This document shows positions 29,331-39,689 of a stretch of 64,000 nucleotides of DNA, in pieces. The position numbers and the translations under genes were made by a program. Position 1 is the first letter of the stretch. Every line of letters begins with the position of its first letter. Location: assembly GCA_002419365.1 (NCBI GenBank), contig DIGA01000067.1:4586-68585 (forward strand), in the 5' to 3' direction. The stretch is from Mageeibacillus sp. UBA5734. GTDB taxonomy: Bacteria; Bacillota; Clostridia; Saccharofermentanales; UBA5734. The notes under the pieces are model-generated. The model was not told the origin of the DNA. It saw only the letters and a list, made by a program, of their open reading frames with translations, and ran no database searches.

Positions 29331-30431
29331 TCAAATTTCGGCGAGTGAATCAATGATCCGGTTCTTTCCGGTTTTCTTGGCCTGATACAATTTTGAATCG
29401 GTCTGGCGAATCAATTCATCGATAGATTCCAATTGGAACTGGCTGATACCGCCGCTGATGGTTACCTTGAACGAGTGATCAAAATCGGCTCGTTCAAGCG
29501 CTTGCCGGATGCGTGCAGCCACAACCGAGGCAGCGGCCAGATCTGTGTCCGGCATGATGACAATGAATTCTTCTCTACCATAGCGTCCGACCTGATCCGT
29601 GATGCGGACCGTCTGCCGGATGATGTCCGCAGTTTGCCGGATGACATGATCCCCAACCAGATGACCATACGTGTCATTGATGGTCTTGAAATCATCAAGA
29701 TCCATGATCAGGATGCTCAGAGGAATATTCATGCGTCTGGAACGCCTGATTTCTTCAGTCAAAGCAGCAAAAGAAGCTTCGTGATTGAGTAATTGGGTCA
29801 TAGGATCAAGGCGAACCAGTTCCTTGAGCTGAGTATTTTGCTTTTCAATATTGAGTTGGTCCAAATAGCTGCGTTTTCTCATCTGGTACAACTCGATTGA
29901 CAAGGATTGAATGATCATCATGAATACAGTTGTGTTGATTCGAGTGGCCAGGACTGCATCTGGATTTGACATGAAGATTGGCAGTGGCAGGACGAAACTG
30001 ACAAACGACACACCATGGATGATGAAACTTTCCCTGGGATGCATGACGATTAAAACCACAAGTCCTGCAATCACCATGAAAAACATATGGGTCATGTCTG
30101 CCTGGCGCGCTGACCAGAACGACAAGCTACAACCATACGCGATGGTGACGCAACTATACAGGTATTGGACAGCCTTGATCCGCCACACGGGCCAACGCTC
30201 AAACTGGATTCGCATCAACCAGATCAATGGCGTCAACAGGATGCTCACCGCCACAAACGCCAGGATCAGCGGTCCGGTATTGAATAGGCGATGCTGGATA
30301 AAATAGAGCGGAAAGACAAGACCAATCAATGCGAGACTGGCAATAGAAAGTCGCCGTGTGTTCTCAAAAAGAATCACACGCTCCAAGGTGGCATCAGCCG
30401 CAGCTTTCAGTTCAGGCTGGATTTTCGTCAT
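29331..30431 (-). CDS. Membrane-anchored GGDEF-domain protein with a variant active-site motif (GREEF)
   Basis: 366 aa with about 6 N-terminal TM helices followed by a GGDEF domain (..DDFKTINDTYGHLVGD..RITDQVGRYGREEFIVIMP..). The gene looks more AT-rich than its neighbours. Confidence 0.8.
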   Translation of the reverse strand: MTKIQPELKAAADATLERVILFENTRRLSIASLALIGLVFPLYFIQHRLFNTGPLILAFVAVSILLTPLIWLMRIQFERWPVWRIKAVQYLYSCVTIAYGCSLSFWSARQADMTHMFFMVIAGLVVLIVMHPRESFIIHGVSFVSFVLPLPIFMSNPDAVLATRINTTVFMMIIQSLSIELYQMRKRSYLDQLNIEKQNTQLKELVRLDPMTQLLNHEASFAALTEEIRRSRRMNIPLSILIMDLDDFKTINDTYGHLVGDHVIRQTADIIRQTVRITDQVGRYGREEFIVIMPDTDLAAASVVAARIRQALERADFDHSFKVTISGGISQFQLESIDELIRQTDSKLYQAKKTGKNRIIDSLAEI

Positions 30432-31353
30432 GATCCTTGATCATGAATCGGCGGATGCCGCGCCAGGTGATGGCCATGGCAAAAAACTGGCTCATGGCCA
30501 GGGCCAGGGTCAGGTACCAGACAGCTGCGATCAGAACCGTGGCGACTGAGCCGTTCAGCAGCAAGGCACCAGGAACAACCAGCAGCAAGACTGCCGAGAT
30601 CAGCAGGTAAAGCAGATTATAAGGCAGACGCAGAATCACAAACAGCAGGCTGTTGCGATAGATCTGTCCCAGGGACAGTTTAAAGGTCACAATCATCGGA
30701 TAGACATAAGCTTGCATCATCAGCCAGACCAGTGCAGCCGCTGACAAGAGAATCTGGATCGCCAGGCGGACGGAACCAGGCAAAAAATCGGCCGTCCGGT
30801 AAAAGGTCAGGTTGATGACCAGGACAACCCATGCCGCTCCGCTGATCAGGCTCGCCAGCAAGGACTGGCGCCAGTTGTCCTTCGTGTGCTCCCAAAAGTC
30901 AGACCAGGTGAAAACATGCTCGTCCCGGATGTAATTGCGCAAGATAAATGAAAATCCAGCCTGGAAAGGTCCTGCCACCACCAATTGCAGGCCCGTCAGC
31001 GCCAGCGCGGTGATCAGGTAGAACAAGGTCAATTGCGATACAGCTGCAGCTTCCAACGACTGGTCGGCCGTCCCCTCCAGTCCGAGAGCCTGGAACGACT
31101 CGATCAGGGTCGCGACCGACAGTCCTGGGAAAAGGGCTGCCAGCAAGTAGATCGAAAGGAAAAAGGCCAGAATCAGGGCTGGCAAATGGAACACGATCAT
31201 CATGAAGTTGAGTTTGATCAGTTCCCAGAAGCGCCGGGTCAGAATCTCCAGCGTGCCAAGCACGGGGCCCTTGTCCGGTTCATCCTTGCGAACGCCTGGC
31301 CCTTCCTTGGTAAAATCAAACAAACCGAAAAATCCTGCCATGGCATCAACCAT
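30412..31353 (-). CDS. Polytopic membrane protein, YesL/DUF624-like
   Basis: 313 aa. The N-terminus (FFGLFDFTKEGPGV...LGTLEILTRRFWELIKLNFMMIVF) resembles YesL-family proteins. The family call is by recollection only. Confidence 0.6.
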   Translation of the reverse strand: MVDAMAGFFGLFDFTKEGPGVRKDEPDKGPVLGTLEILTRRFWELIKLNFMMIVFHLPALILAFFLSIYLLAALFPGLSVATLIESFQALGLEGTADQSLEAAAVSQLTLFYLITALALTGLQLVVAGPFQAGFSFILRNYIRDEHVFTWSDFWEHTKDNWRQSLLASLISGAAWVVLVINLTFYRTADFLPGSVRLAIQILLSAAALVWLMMQAYVYPMIVTFKLSLGQIYRNSLLFVILRLPYNLLYLLISAVLLLVVPGALLLNGSVATVLIAAVWYLTLALAMSQFFAMAITWRGIRRFMIKDHDENPA

Positions 31354-31389
31354 CCTGTCTAAAATGAAAATCAGTCTAATAAAATAATC

Positions 31390-32745
31390 TTATCGTTTCA
31401 GGGTAGCCGGAGCAAGGTTCAAACGCTCAGCCAGCTGGTCGATCTCGGTGAGCGCCCGGTTGACCAGCGCTTGCTGGCGGGCTGGTTTACCTTTGAATTT
31501 CCCTTCCAGGGGGGCAATCAGGCCGAAATTGGCGTTCATCGGCTGGAAATGCCTGGCATTGGCCTGGGCAATGTAATGGGCCAGCGAGCCGATGACCGTT
31601 CCTGGTCCGGGCAGATAGAACTTGCGGTCGCCCTCGTCCATCCCGGAAAACTCCAGCGCGGCCTGGATTCCAGCCACTAATCCGGACGAAGCGGATTCGA
31701 CATAGCCTTCGACACCGGTCATCTGGCCGGCAAAATAGAGTGGTTGCGGTCGTCGGACGCGGTAGTCGGGGTTGAGGATTTCGGGCGATGGCAGAAAGGT
31801 GTTGCGATGCATCACCCCATAACGGACAAATTCTGCCTGCCCGAGTCCGGGAATCAGGCGAAACACGCGCTGCTGCTCCCCTTGTCTGAGCCGAGTCTGG
31901 AAGCCGACCAGGTTGTAGAGGCTGGCGGCCTGGTTGTCCTGGCGCAGCTGGACGCAGGCATAGGGTTCCCTGCCGGTGCGCGGGTCGACAAGGCCAACCG
32001 GTTTCAACGGGCCGAACCGGATCGTGTCCGGGCCACGCTTGGCCATGGATTCGATCGGCATACAGCCTTCGAAGACAATTTCGCGGTCAAAATCCTTGAC
32101 TTCGGCCAGTTCGGCCGCGATGAGCTCGCGATAAAAATTTTCGTAAGTGTCCCGGTCCATGGGACAGTTGATGTAGTCATCACCGCCACGGCCATAGCGG
32201 GACTGGCGGAAGGCGATCGACAAATCGATCGATTCATACGTGACGATCGGGGCGGCGGCATCAAAAAAATGCAGCGTAGACAATCCCAGCTGGTCGCGGA
32301 TGGCATCGAACAAGCCACCCTCGGTCAGCGGTCCGGTCGCGATGATGACAGGGCCATCCGCTGAGTCCGGCAGGGTATCGATCCGCTCCGAAGCAATTTC
32401 GATCATCGGGTGCTGCTCGATCGCTCGGGTTACAGCCGCTGCGAAGAGATCCCGGTCCACCGCGAGGGCACCTCCGGCCGGCAGTGCGGTCTGGTCCGCC
32501 GCAGCAAGGATCAGGGAGCCGAGACGGCGCATTTCTTCCTTGAGCAAGCCAACCGCATTTTCCAGCCGGCTGGCCCGGAGGGAATTGCTGCAGACCAGCT
32601 CCGCAAATTGGCTGCTGTGGTGGGCTTCGGTCATCTGGTGTGGCTTCATGTCGATCAGCCGCACAGGGATGCCGCGGCTGGCGACCTGCCAGGCTGCTTC
32701 ACAGCCTGCCAGACCGGCACCGACAATGGTGACTTTACGCGCCAT
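31390..32745 (-). CDS. trmFO: Methylenetetrahydrofolate-tRNA-(uracil54-C5)-methyltransferase
   Basis: MARKVTIVGAGLAGCEAAWQVA.. FAD motif. The ATG at 32745 overlaps the topA 3' end by 11 nt. The 570-aa ORF-track version is an out-of-context 5' extension into topA. Confidence 0.92.
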   Translation of the reverse strand: MARKVTIVGAGLAGCEAAWQVASRGIPVRLIDMKPHQMTEAHHSSQFAELVCSNSLRASRLENAVGLLKEEMRRLGSLILAAADQTALPAGGALAVDRDLFAAAVTRAIEQHPMIEIASERIDTLPDSADGPVIIATGPLTEGGLFDAIRDQLGLSTLHFFDAAAPIVTYESIDLSIAFRQSRYGRGGDDYINCPMDRDTYENFYRELIAAELAEVKDFDREIVFEGCMPIESMAKRGPDTIRFGPLKPVGLVDPRTGREPYACVQLRQDNQAASLYNLVGFQTRLRQGEQQRVFRLIPGLGQAEFVRYGVMHRNTFLPSPEILNPDYRVRRPQPLYFAGQMTGVEGYVESASSGLVAGIQAALEFSGMDEGDRKFYLPGPGTVIGSLAHYIAQANARHFQPMNANFGLIAPLEGKFKGKPARQQALVNRALTEIDQLAERLNLAPATLKR

Positions 32746-34933
32746 GATTCTCCCCTGCCGCCTGGTCCTCTGATGTTTTGTCCTCGGTTGCAGCCGGTTT
32801 TTCCTTTTTCTGGTTAGTCGGGCATTCCCGGTTGCCGCATTTGGGGTACGAACGGCCCTTGAAGTGCTTGAGCACCATATAGGTACCACAGACCTCACAG
32901 GTCCGGCCATCGATCGGCAGATCCCAGGAAATGAAATCACAATTGGGGTCGCTGCCCTTCTTGTCACAGGTGTAGAAACGGCTGCCCTTGAATTTCTTGG
33001 AGACGCGCTGGACCAGGCCGGAGCCACATTTGGGGCAATGGGCTTTGATTTCCTGCTCGAGGTTCTTGGTGTACTTGCAGGTCGGATAATTGGAGCAGGC
33101 AATGAACTTGCCGTATCGGCCTTCCTTGATCACCAGGTCTCCTTCCTGGCAATCCGGACATTTGTCGCCGGTCGGCACATCGGCAATCTTGACGCGCTCG
33201 ATGCCATCCGTGGCCTTGACGATTTTGTCATGGAAGGGCGGATAAAAACGGTCCAGGATTTCGACCCAGTTGTTTTCGCCTGATTCCACCGTATCGAGCT
33301 CTTTTTCCATGTCGGCGGTGAATTCAACATCGACGATGGATTCGAAATTTTTCTCCAGCAGCTCCGTCACAGCCTTGCCCAGCTCTGTCGGCAGGAGGTA
33401 TTTCTTGTCTTTTTCGACATATTTGCGGTCGAGGATGGTCGAGATCGTGGGAGCATAGGTGGATGGGCGTCCGATCCCCTTCTCTTCCATCGCCTTGATC
33501 AGGCTGGCCTCCGTGTAGCGCGCCGGTGGCTGGGTGAATTTCTGCTCGGGTGTGATCTTGTCGAGCAGCAGCGTTTCACCCTCTGTCAACTCGGGCAGTT
33601 TCTCCCGAGTCTCTTCTTCCGATTCCTTTTCCGGTTCGCTGTCGACCAGGGCGACGCCGTACTGGGCCAGGTAGCCGGGGAAGCGGATGGTTTCACCACT
33701 GACCCGGAACAGGTGGGTTTGCCCACTGACCAGGTCGGCTACAACGGTGTCGATCTGGGCGGCAGCCATCTGGGAGGCCATGAACTTGTCCCAGATCAAC
33801 TGGTAGAGTCTGAACTGGTCATGGGAGATCTGGGCTTTGATCTGCTGCGGTGGCAAATCAAAATGCGCTGGCCGGATCGCTTCGTGGGCATCCTGGGCTT
33901 TGTTGCGGTTTTTGAACTGGCGCGGTGTCTTGGGCAGATATTCCGCACCGAATTTGTCCTTTATATAAGTACGAGCTTCCTGTTCCGCTTCTTCCGAGAT
34001 GCGGACCGAGTCAGTACGGATATACGTCACCAGAGCCGTTGCACCGAGGCCTTCGATTTCCACACCTTCGTACAGCTGCTGGGCGACACTCATCGTTTTC
34101 TTGGCGGTGTAGCCCAGGTAGCGCGATGCTTCCTGCTGCAGGGTACTGGTGGTGAACGGCGCATTCGGCTGCTTTTGCTTGCTGCCTTTCTTGAGCTTGA
34201 CCACAGTGAAGGGCTGGTTTTGCACGGCTGCCAGGATGGCTTCGGTATCAATCTGGTTCGTCAGTTTGACTTTTTCGACTTTGCCTTCGACCCATTCACC
34301 GTGATAGCGGGCTTTGAAAACGGGATCCTTGGCTGTCTTATGCAAGAACGCCGTCAACAGCCAGTATTCCTCCGGCTTGAACCGGACAATTTCCCGCTCG
34401 CGGTCGACCACCAGGCGGGTGGCTACAGACTGGACACGACCGGCAGACAGGCCCTTGCGGACTTTTTTCCAGAGCAGGGGGCTGAGTTCATATCCAACCA
34501 GCCGGTCCAGAACCCGCCGGGCTTGCTGGGAATTGACCCGGTTCATGTCGATCGGCCGGGGCTGGTCGACTGCTTTGACCACAGCCGGCTCGGTGATTTC
34601 ATTGAAGGTGATGCGGCAGGGACTGGTCTCGTCAATCTTGAGAACCTGTGCGATGTGCCAGGCAATGGCTTCTCCTTCACGGTCAGGGTCGGTTGCGATC
34701 AGGATCCGGTCGGACGTGGCAGCCATTTCCTTCAGTTCGGTGATCACCTTGTCTTTGCCCTTCATGGTTGTGTACTGGGGTTTGTAGGCATGTTCGACAT
34801 CAACGCCCAGCTTGGAGGCTGGCAGGTCGCGGATATGGCCGACTGATGCGGTGATCCGGTAATTCTTGCCGAGATATCGGCCGATGGTTTTCGCCTTGGC
34901 CGGTGATTCTACGATAACTAAATTTTTTCCCAT
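32735..34933 (-). CDS. topA: DNA topoisomerase I
   Basis: 732 aa with TOPRIM (LVIVESPAKAKTIGRYL) and three C-terminal zinc ribbons (CPDC..C..C, CPKC.., CEVC..). Confidence 0.96.
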   Translation of the reverse strand: MGKNLVIVESPAKAKTIGRYLGKNYRITASVGHIRDLPASKLGVDVEHAYKPQYTTMKGKDKVITELKEMAATSDRILIATDPDREGEAIAWHIAQVLKIDETSPCRITFNEITEPAVVKAVDQPRPIDMNRVNSQQARRVLDRLVGYELSPLLWKKVRKGLSAGRVQSVATRLVVDREREIVRFKPEEYWLLTAFLHKTAKDPVFKARYHGEWVEGKVEKVKLTNQIDTEAILAAVQNQPFTVVKLKKGSKQKQPNAPFTTSTLQQEASRYLGYTAKKTMSVAQQLYEGVEIEGLGATALVTYIRTDSVRISEEAEQEARTYIKDKFGAEYLPKTPRQFKNRNKAQDAHEAIRPAHFDLPPQQIKAQISHDQFRLYQLIWDKFMASQMAAAQIDTVVADLVSGQTHLFRVSGETIRFPGYLAQYGVALVDSEPEKESEEETREKLPELTEGETLLLDKITPEQKFTQPPARYTEASLIKAMEEKGIGRPSTYAPTISTILDRKYVEKDKKYLLPTELGKAVTELLEKNFESIVDVEFTADMEKELDTVESGENNWVEILDRFYPPFHDKIVKATDGIERVKIADVPTGDKCPDCQEGDLVIKEGRYGKFIACSNYPTCKYTKNLEQEIKAHCPKCGSGLVQRVSKKFKGSRFYTCDKKGSDPNCDFISWDLPIDGRTCEVCGTYMVLKHFKGRSYPKCGNRECPTNQKKEKPAATEDKTSEDQAAGENHGA

Positions 34934-34992
34934 GAAGTCCTATCCTTGTTTTTTTACAGCCAATCAGGCCGGATGCAAGCGCTATTCGTCCA

Positions 34993-36195
34993 TTATATAC
35001 TTGAATCTCCAAGCTCTGTCAAAGCATACCGGCCTCGATTGAGCACCAGATAGCCCTGAAGCTCCAGCAAAGCAACCCGGGCCATGGTCTCCTGTGCCAG
35101 ATCTGGAATCTCTGAAAGGATCTCGTCCATGGTCAGGCTGTGGATGCGCAAGGTCTGCAGAATTCTGCAAACAGCATCATCCTGGACGCCCGTTTCTCTC
35201 TGCTGCAAGGGATCAAGCCAGGAAAGCTGGCGTTCCAGCCCGCAAATCTGGAAAATGTCATCCGCAGACTCCAGGACATGCGCGCCATCCCGGATCAGCT
35301 GATGGCATCCTGCACTGGCCTGGTCGAGGATGCTACCCGGCACGGCAAATACGTCGCGGTTCTGGTCGGCAGCATAGGTGGTGGTAATCAGTGTGCCGCT
35401 TTTCTGCGCAGCTTCCATGACCGCCACCGCCTTTGACAAGCCGCTCAAGAGCCGGTTCCGGGCCGGGAAATTCTGGCGCACGGGCGGCACACCCGGTGGA
35501 TGTTCGGATAGAATCACCCCCCTTTCAGCCATCTCGGCAATCAAACCGGCATTTTCCGGCGGATAGTCGTAGTCATGGCCAGAGGCGATCACTCCGATTG
35601 TGAATCCCTGGTTTTTCAATGCAGTCTGGTGCGCCAGCGTGTCGATCCCCCGGGCGAGGCCACTGACGATCACGGCACCACCCTGGCACAGACCGCGTGT
35701 GATCTTGCGCGTCACTTTCTGGCCATAGACGGTCGGTCGCCTGGTCCCGATCACCGTGACCCAGGGGAAACAGCGAAGCATGTCCGGCAGCAGGTTGCCA
35801 CGGACATAGATCAAGGCCGGACACGTGTTGAGGTCATGCAACGCCTTGGGATACTGTGGATCTCCGCTCAAAACGGGTTTGATCGCCAGATGGGCACACT
35901 GCCGGGCCAGGGCGATGGCTGACCGCTGGCTGCTTGTGTCCTGCAGGGCTTGATGGAGGGTGAGCGCCTGGGACTCGATGCGCCCACGGTCATTGGCCAA
36001 GGTGTCTTCCCGGTTGTCATCCTTTGCTGTCAGCAAGCCAATGAGGCCCTCCAGGTCCAGCTGTATCAGCTGCGCCAGATCGGGACATGGATCCGTCAAC
36101 TTGCGCAGCTCGGCGTGCTTCAAGTTCAAGGTGCGCTGGCACTGGGTCAGATGGATGGCCATGGCCAGGTTCATGGTGTCAGAAGGTTGGTCCAT
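34993..36195 (-). CDS. dprA: DNA processing protein A
   Basis: 400 aa: ..VIGTRRPTVYG...VSGLARGIDTLAHQ.. A one-base TAATG overlap joins it to the upstream gene. Confidence 0.9.
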   Translation of the reverse strand: MDQPSDTMNLAMAIHLTQCQRTLNLKHAELRKLTDPCPDLAQLIQLDLEGLIGLLTAKDDNREDTLANDRGRIESQALTLHQALQDTSSQRSAIALARQCAHLAIKPVLSGDPQYPKALHDLNTCPALIYVRGNLLPDMLRCFPWVTVIGTRRPTVYGQKVTRKITRGLCQGGAVIVSGLARGIDTLAHQTALKNQGFTIGVIASGHDYDYPPENAGLIAEMAERGVILSEHPPGVPPVRQNFPARNRLLSGLSKAVAVMEAAQKSGTLITTTYAADQNRDVFAVPGSILDQASAGCHQLIRDGAHVLESADDIFQICGLERQLSWLDPLQQRETGVQDDAVCRILQTLRIHSLTMDEILSEIPDLAQETMARVALLELQGYLVLNRGRYALTELGDSSI

Positions 36196-37781
36196 TACAA
36201 TTCACCCTCCGGAAACAGGTTGATCCGGTAGCCAAGTGCCTCGGCCAGGTGTCCTGGTGTGACCGTTCCGGACAGATCGAGATCAGCGATGGTCCGGGTC
36301 ACCCGGAGCAGTTTCTGGTAGGACCGCACGCTCAGATGATAGCGTTCAGCGGCCTGGCCAGCGAGTCTCAGGACGGCAGGTGGAATGGCCAGAACGCCAG
36401 CCAGATCAGGGTCTTCAAACCGGCCATTGAGCACAGGCTCCTTGCCCAGGGCCCGGCAACGATCCGTCTGGATTTGCCAGGCTGCAGCAATTTTTTGCCG
36501 CAACAGGGGTGAAGACATCGTTGCCTGATCTGCCGATTGCGGCTGGACCGTCTTGATCAGGTCATCTGGCGCCGGGCGGCGAATGTCGATCGCGAGGTCC
36601 AGGCGATCCAGCAGGGGGCCACTGATTTTGCCCAGATGGCGCGCCACCGCATCCGGCGTGCAATGGCAGCGCTGCCCTGGTTCGAAATATTCACCACAAC
36701 GGCAGGGGTTGGCGGCTGCAACGAGGAGAAAATCTGCCGGCAGCACCAGATTGTAGCGCAGGCGGGAGAGATGGATCTCTCGGTCTTCCAGAGGCTGGCG
36801 CAGCATGTCAACGACGGAACTGTCCATCTGTGTCAGTTCATCCAGGAACAGCACCCCCAGGTGCGACAGGCTGAACAATCCGGGCACAGGCGGACTGCCG
36901 CCACCGGTGAGGGCATGGCGGGTGACTCCGGAATGAGGGGCCAGGAACGGTCGTTCTGTAACCAGACCCGGCTGGCCCACCATCCGGTTGGCGGCACTGT
37001 GGATCTTGGTGACCATCCTGGCTTCATCCGGATCCAGCGGCGGCAAAATCCCCGGCAACGTGGAAGCCAGGACAGTCTTGCCACTGCCGGGCGAACCAAG
37101 CATCAGCAGGGGATGCCAGCCAGCCGCGGCCAGGGTCAGGGCCCGGATGGCCTTGGCCTGGCCTTGGATCATCCGGATATCCGGCGCCCTGGCAGCCAGA
37201 CCTGGACGAACTGGCTGGGGTATTCCCTCCCCTGACTCCTCGGGCATGCCCTGGGACAAAATCCGGGCACTGTCGGCCAATGTCCATGCACCTGCGATCA
37301 CAAGGCCCGCTGAAGCTGAGGTCCTGGCTTCCGCCACATTGTCTGCAGGCACCAGCAGATGGCGCAATTCGGCCTGATGGATGGCCGCGGTCCGGTTGAA
37401 AACACCTGGAATCGGCCGGATCGTGCCATCCAGTCCCAATTCTCCGAAAGCACCTGGTAGCTGGTTGTTAAAGGATGGATGCAGCTGCACCTGGCTAGAT
37501 GCGACCAGGATCGACAGCGCCAGGGGCAGGTCAAAGGCACTGCCTTCCTTGCGCATCCAGGCTGGCGCCAGACTGGCGGTCACACGGCTGGACGGAAAAG
37601 CAAAGCCGCTGTTCTTGATCGCAGCCTTGATCCGGTTTCTTGATTCGCGGATCGCCGAGTCACCCAGTCCGACAATTTCAAAAGACGGCAGACCTGGCAG
37701 CAAGGCGACTTCAATTTCAATCAGGACACCTTCGATCCCGTGGATGGCAGCAGAGCAGAACCGGCCGTATTTAAGGTGCAT
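36195..37781 (-). CDS. YifB/ComM family Mg-chelatase-like AAA+ ATPase
   Basis: Lon-protease-like N-domain, Walker A GSPGSGKT, and the zinc-finger-like segment CRCGEYFEPGQRCHC. I prefer the ATG at 37781, which follows SD AAGGGGGA. Confidence 0.88.
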   Translation of the reverse strand: MHLKYGRFCSAAIHGIEGVLIEIEVALLPGLPSFEIVGLGDSAIRESRNRIKAAIKNSGFAFPSSRVTASLAPAWMRKEGSAFDLPLALSILVASSQVQLHPSFNNQLPGAFGELGLDGTIRPIPGVFNRTAAIHQAELRHLLVPADNVAEARTSASAGLVIAGAWTLADSARILSQGMPEESGEGIPQPVRPGLAARAPDIRMIQGQAKAIRALTLAAAGWHPLLMLGSPGSGKTVLASTLPGILPPLDPDEARMVTKIHSAANRMVGQPGLVTERPFLAPHSGVTRHALTGGGSPPVPGLFSLSHLGVLFLDELTQMDSSVVDMLRQPLEDREIHLSRLRYNLVLPADFLLVAAANPCRCGEYFEPGQRCHCTPDAVARHLGKISGPLLDRLDLAIDIRRPAPDDLIKTVQPQSADQATMSSPLLRQKIAAAWQIQTDRCRALGKEPVLNGRFEDPDLAGVLAIPPAVLRLAGQAAERYHLSVRSYQKLLRVTRTIADLDLSGTVTPGHLAEALGYRINLFPEGEL

Positions 37782-37967
37782 GCGAAGTCCCCCTTTTCGT
37801 TCTGACTTCCAGCCTAGCAAAACACCTCGTGGCCAGACAGATTGAATCGTGCGACAAAAGTCGCCAGAATTCGACAGGGCCTTTCAGGTAACAAGCTGCC
37901 AGATGCACTGTTTTCAGGGGGGCTGCGGCCGGATGACAAGACCTGGCAGTCGACAAAGCGCCTTTAG

Positions 37968-37996
37968 TTGAACGGATGCCGAGAATCTGCCATAAT
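37968..37996 (+). promoter_or_regulatory. Candidate sigma-70 promoter for ychF
   Basis: TTGAAC (37968-37973), 17 nt spacer, CATAAT (37991-37996). Confidence 0.4.
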
Positions 37997-38025
37997 ACCT
38001 CTGTTTATTGATGAGGAGGACCTTC

Positions 38026-39117
38026 ATGCGTCTGGGAATTGTCGGTTTGCCCAATGTCGGCAAAAGCACGTTGTTTAATGCCATCACCAAGGCGGGGGCT
38101 GCTGTCGCCAATTATGCCTTTTGTACCATCGATCCGAATGTCGGGGTTGTCGCCGTGCCGGATCCCCGGCTCGACAAACTGGCCGAGATGTACCATCCGG
38201 AAAAATACACCCCGGCCACGATCGAATTTGTCGACATCGCCGGCCTGGTGCGCGGCGCCAGCAAAGGTGAAGGCCTTGGCAACAAGTTCCTGGCCAACAT
38301 CCGCGAAGTCGATGCCATCGTCCATGTGGTGCGCTGTTTTGATGACTCCGATGTCATGCATGTCGACGGCCAGACCGACCCGGCCCGCGACATCGAAACC
38401 ATCAATCTTGAACTGATCTTGAGTGACATGGAATACATGGAGCGCCGGATCGACAAGACGAAAAAGATGCTCAAGGGCGGCGACAAGAAATTCCAGGCCG
38501 AGCTGGAGGTGCAGGAAAAAATCCTCGCCTGCCTCGAATCAGGTAAATCCGCCCGTACCCTCACGTGGGAAGAAGATGAAAAACCGTACCTGCGCGACCT
38601 GTTCCTGCTGACGATCAAGCCGGTGCTCTATGTGGCCAACATCGCCGAAGATGCCCTGGCCGGACCCGAGCCGGACTATGTCGCCACCGTGCGGGCCATT
38701 GCGGCTACGGAAGATGCCGAAGTCGTCACCATCAGTGCCAAGATCGAAGAAGAGATCTCGGTTCTGGAAGATGAAGAACGCGCCCTGTTCCTCCAGGACC
38801 TGGGGCTTGAGGAATCAGGTCTCGACAAGATCATCAAGGCCGGCTATCACCTGCTGGGCCTGATGTCCTTCTTGACCGCCGGGCCGACCGAAGTGAGAGC
38901 ATGGACGATCAAGCGCGGCACTAAGGCGCCCCAGGCGGCTGGCAAGATCCATTCCGACTTTGAACGCGGTTTCATCCGGGCCGAGGTCGTCAATTTCCAT
39001 GACCTGATGGCCAGCGGCACCTATGCAGCCGCCCGGGAAAAGGGTCAGGTCCGCTCCGAAGGCAAGGAATATGTGATGCAGGATGGCGACGTCGTCCTGT
39101 TCCGCTTCAACGTCTGA
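38026..39117 (+). CDS. ychF: Ribosome-binding ATPase YchF
   Basis: MRLGIVGLPNVGKSTLFNAIT... with a C-terminal TGS-like region (..DGDVVLFRFNV). The ATG at 38026 follows SD GAGGAGGA. Confidence 0.94.
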   Translation: MRLGIVGLPNVGKSTLFNAITKAGAAVANYAFCTIDPNVGVVAVPDPRLDKLAEMYHPEKYTPATIEFVDIAGLVRGASKGEGLGNKFLANIREVDAIVHVVRCFDDSDVMHVDGQTDPARDIETINLELILSDMEYMERRIDKTKKMLKGGDKKFQAELEVQEKILACLESGKSARTLTWEEDEKPYLRDLFLLTIKPVLYVANIAEDALAGPEPDYVATVRAIAATEDAEVVTISAKIEEEISVLEDEERALFLQDLGLEESGLDKIIKAGYHLLGLMSFLTAGPTEVRAWTIKRGTKAPQAAGKIHSDFERGFIRAEVVNFHDLMASGTYAAAREKGQVRSEGKEYVMQDGDVVLFRFNV

Positions 39118-39200
39118 TTCTTCCATCCGTACGCTTTTAAAGGGCTTCCCAATGCAGGTTGGGAGGTCCTTTGTGCTTCATTATTTCCGAATGACCTGGA

Positions 39201-39689
39201 TCAGCCTTGCAGTTTTTTCGCCAGATACACATCCAGCCAGACAATCAGACCGACCGGAAGCAAACCCATGACAAGCACAGCAAAAAGAAAGGCCAGATAG
39301 TGTGGTACTTGCAACGAACCAGATTGTGGGCCCAGGATCAGAAGGGGGATCGCAGCACTATGAAAAATCAGCCAGGCGATCAGGCTCTGTGGTCGCACGA
39401 GCGCCTGACGAATCGACAAGCGCTGCAGACCATTGGAACCGGCTCGCCCTGTGGAGGATCTCGGAACAATCAAGCTCAGCCAGGCCAGGTCGACCAGGAG
39501 CAGGCCTCCGGTAAAAAACAGGCCCGCCTGTGCCAATGGATGATTAGACAAGCCAGCGCCAAAACGGATCCATATGAACATCGCAGTCCCTGTGGATGTC
39601 ATCAGGTTTAAGACTGAAAGGCCCGGACTGACGCGATGGCGTTTCGCACCTTGATCCATGCGGTCAGACTGGATCCTAGTCACGGTCAT
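39201..39689 (-). CDS. Small polytopic membrane protein, unknown function (start uncertain)
   Basis: About four hydrophobic segments, with no motif I recognise. Candidate starts are 39689 (MTVT.., SD too close) and 39659 (MDQG.., weak SD). The 194-aa ORF-track version overlaps coaE. Confidence 0.45.
   Translation of the reverse strand: MTVTRIQSDRMDQGAKRHRVSPGLSVLNLMTSTGTAMFIWIRFGAGLSNHPLAQAGLFFTGGLLLVDLAWLSLIVPRSSTGRAGSNGLQRLSIRQALVRPQSLIAWLIFHSAAIPLLILGPQSGSLQVPHYLAFLFAVLVMGLLPVGLIVWLDVYLAKKLQG

Noticed and set aside
32746-33102. 5' extensions that make the ORF-track versions of trmFO (570 aa), ahcY (523 aa, 55430..55741), punA (385 aa, 56317..56631), tgt and dapA much longer.
   Set aside because: The extensions are Arg/Pro/Ser-rich, overlap the upstream gene in another frame and lack SDs. 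Internal ATGs with good SDs coincide with the canonical family N-termini.
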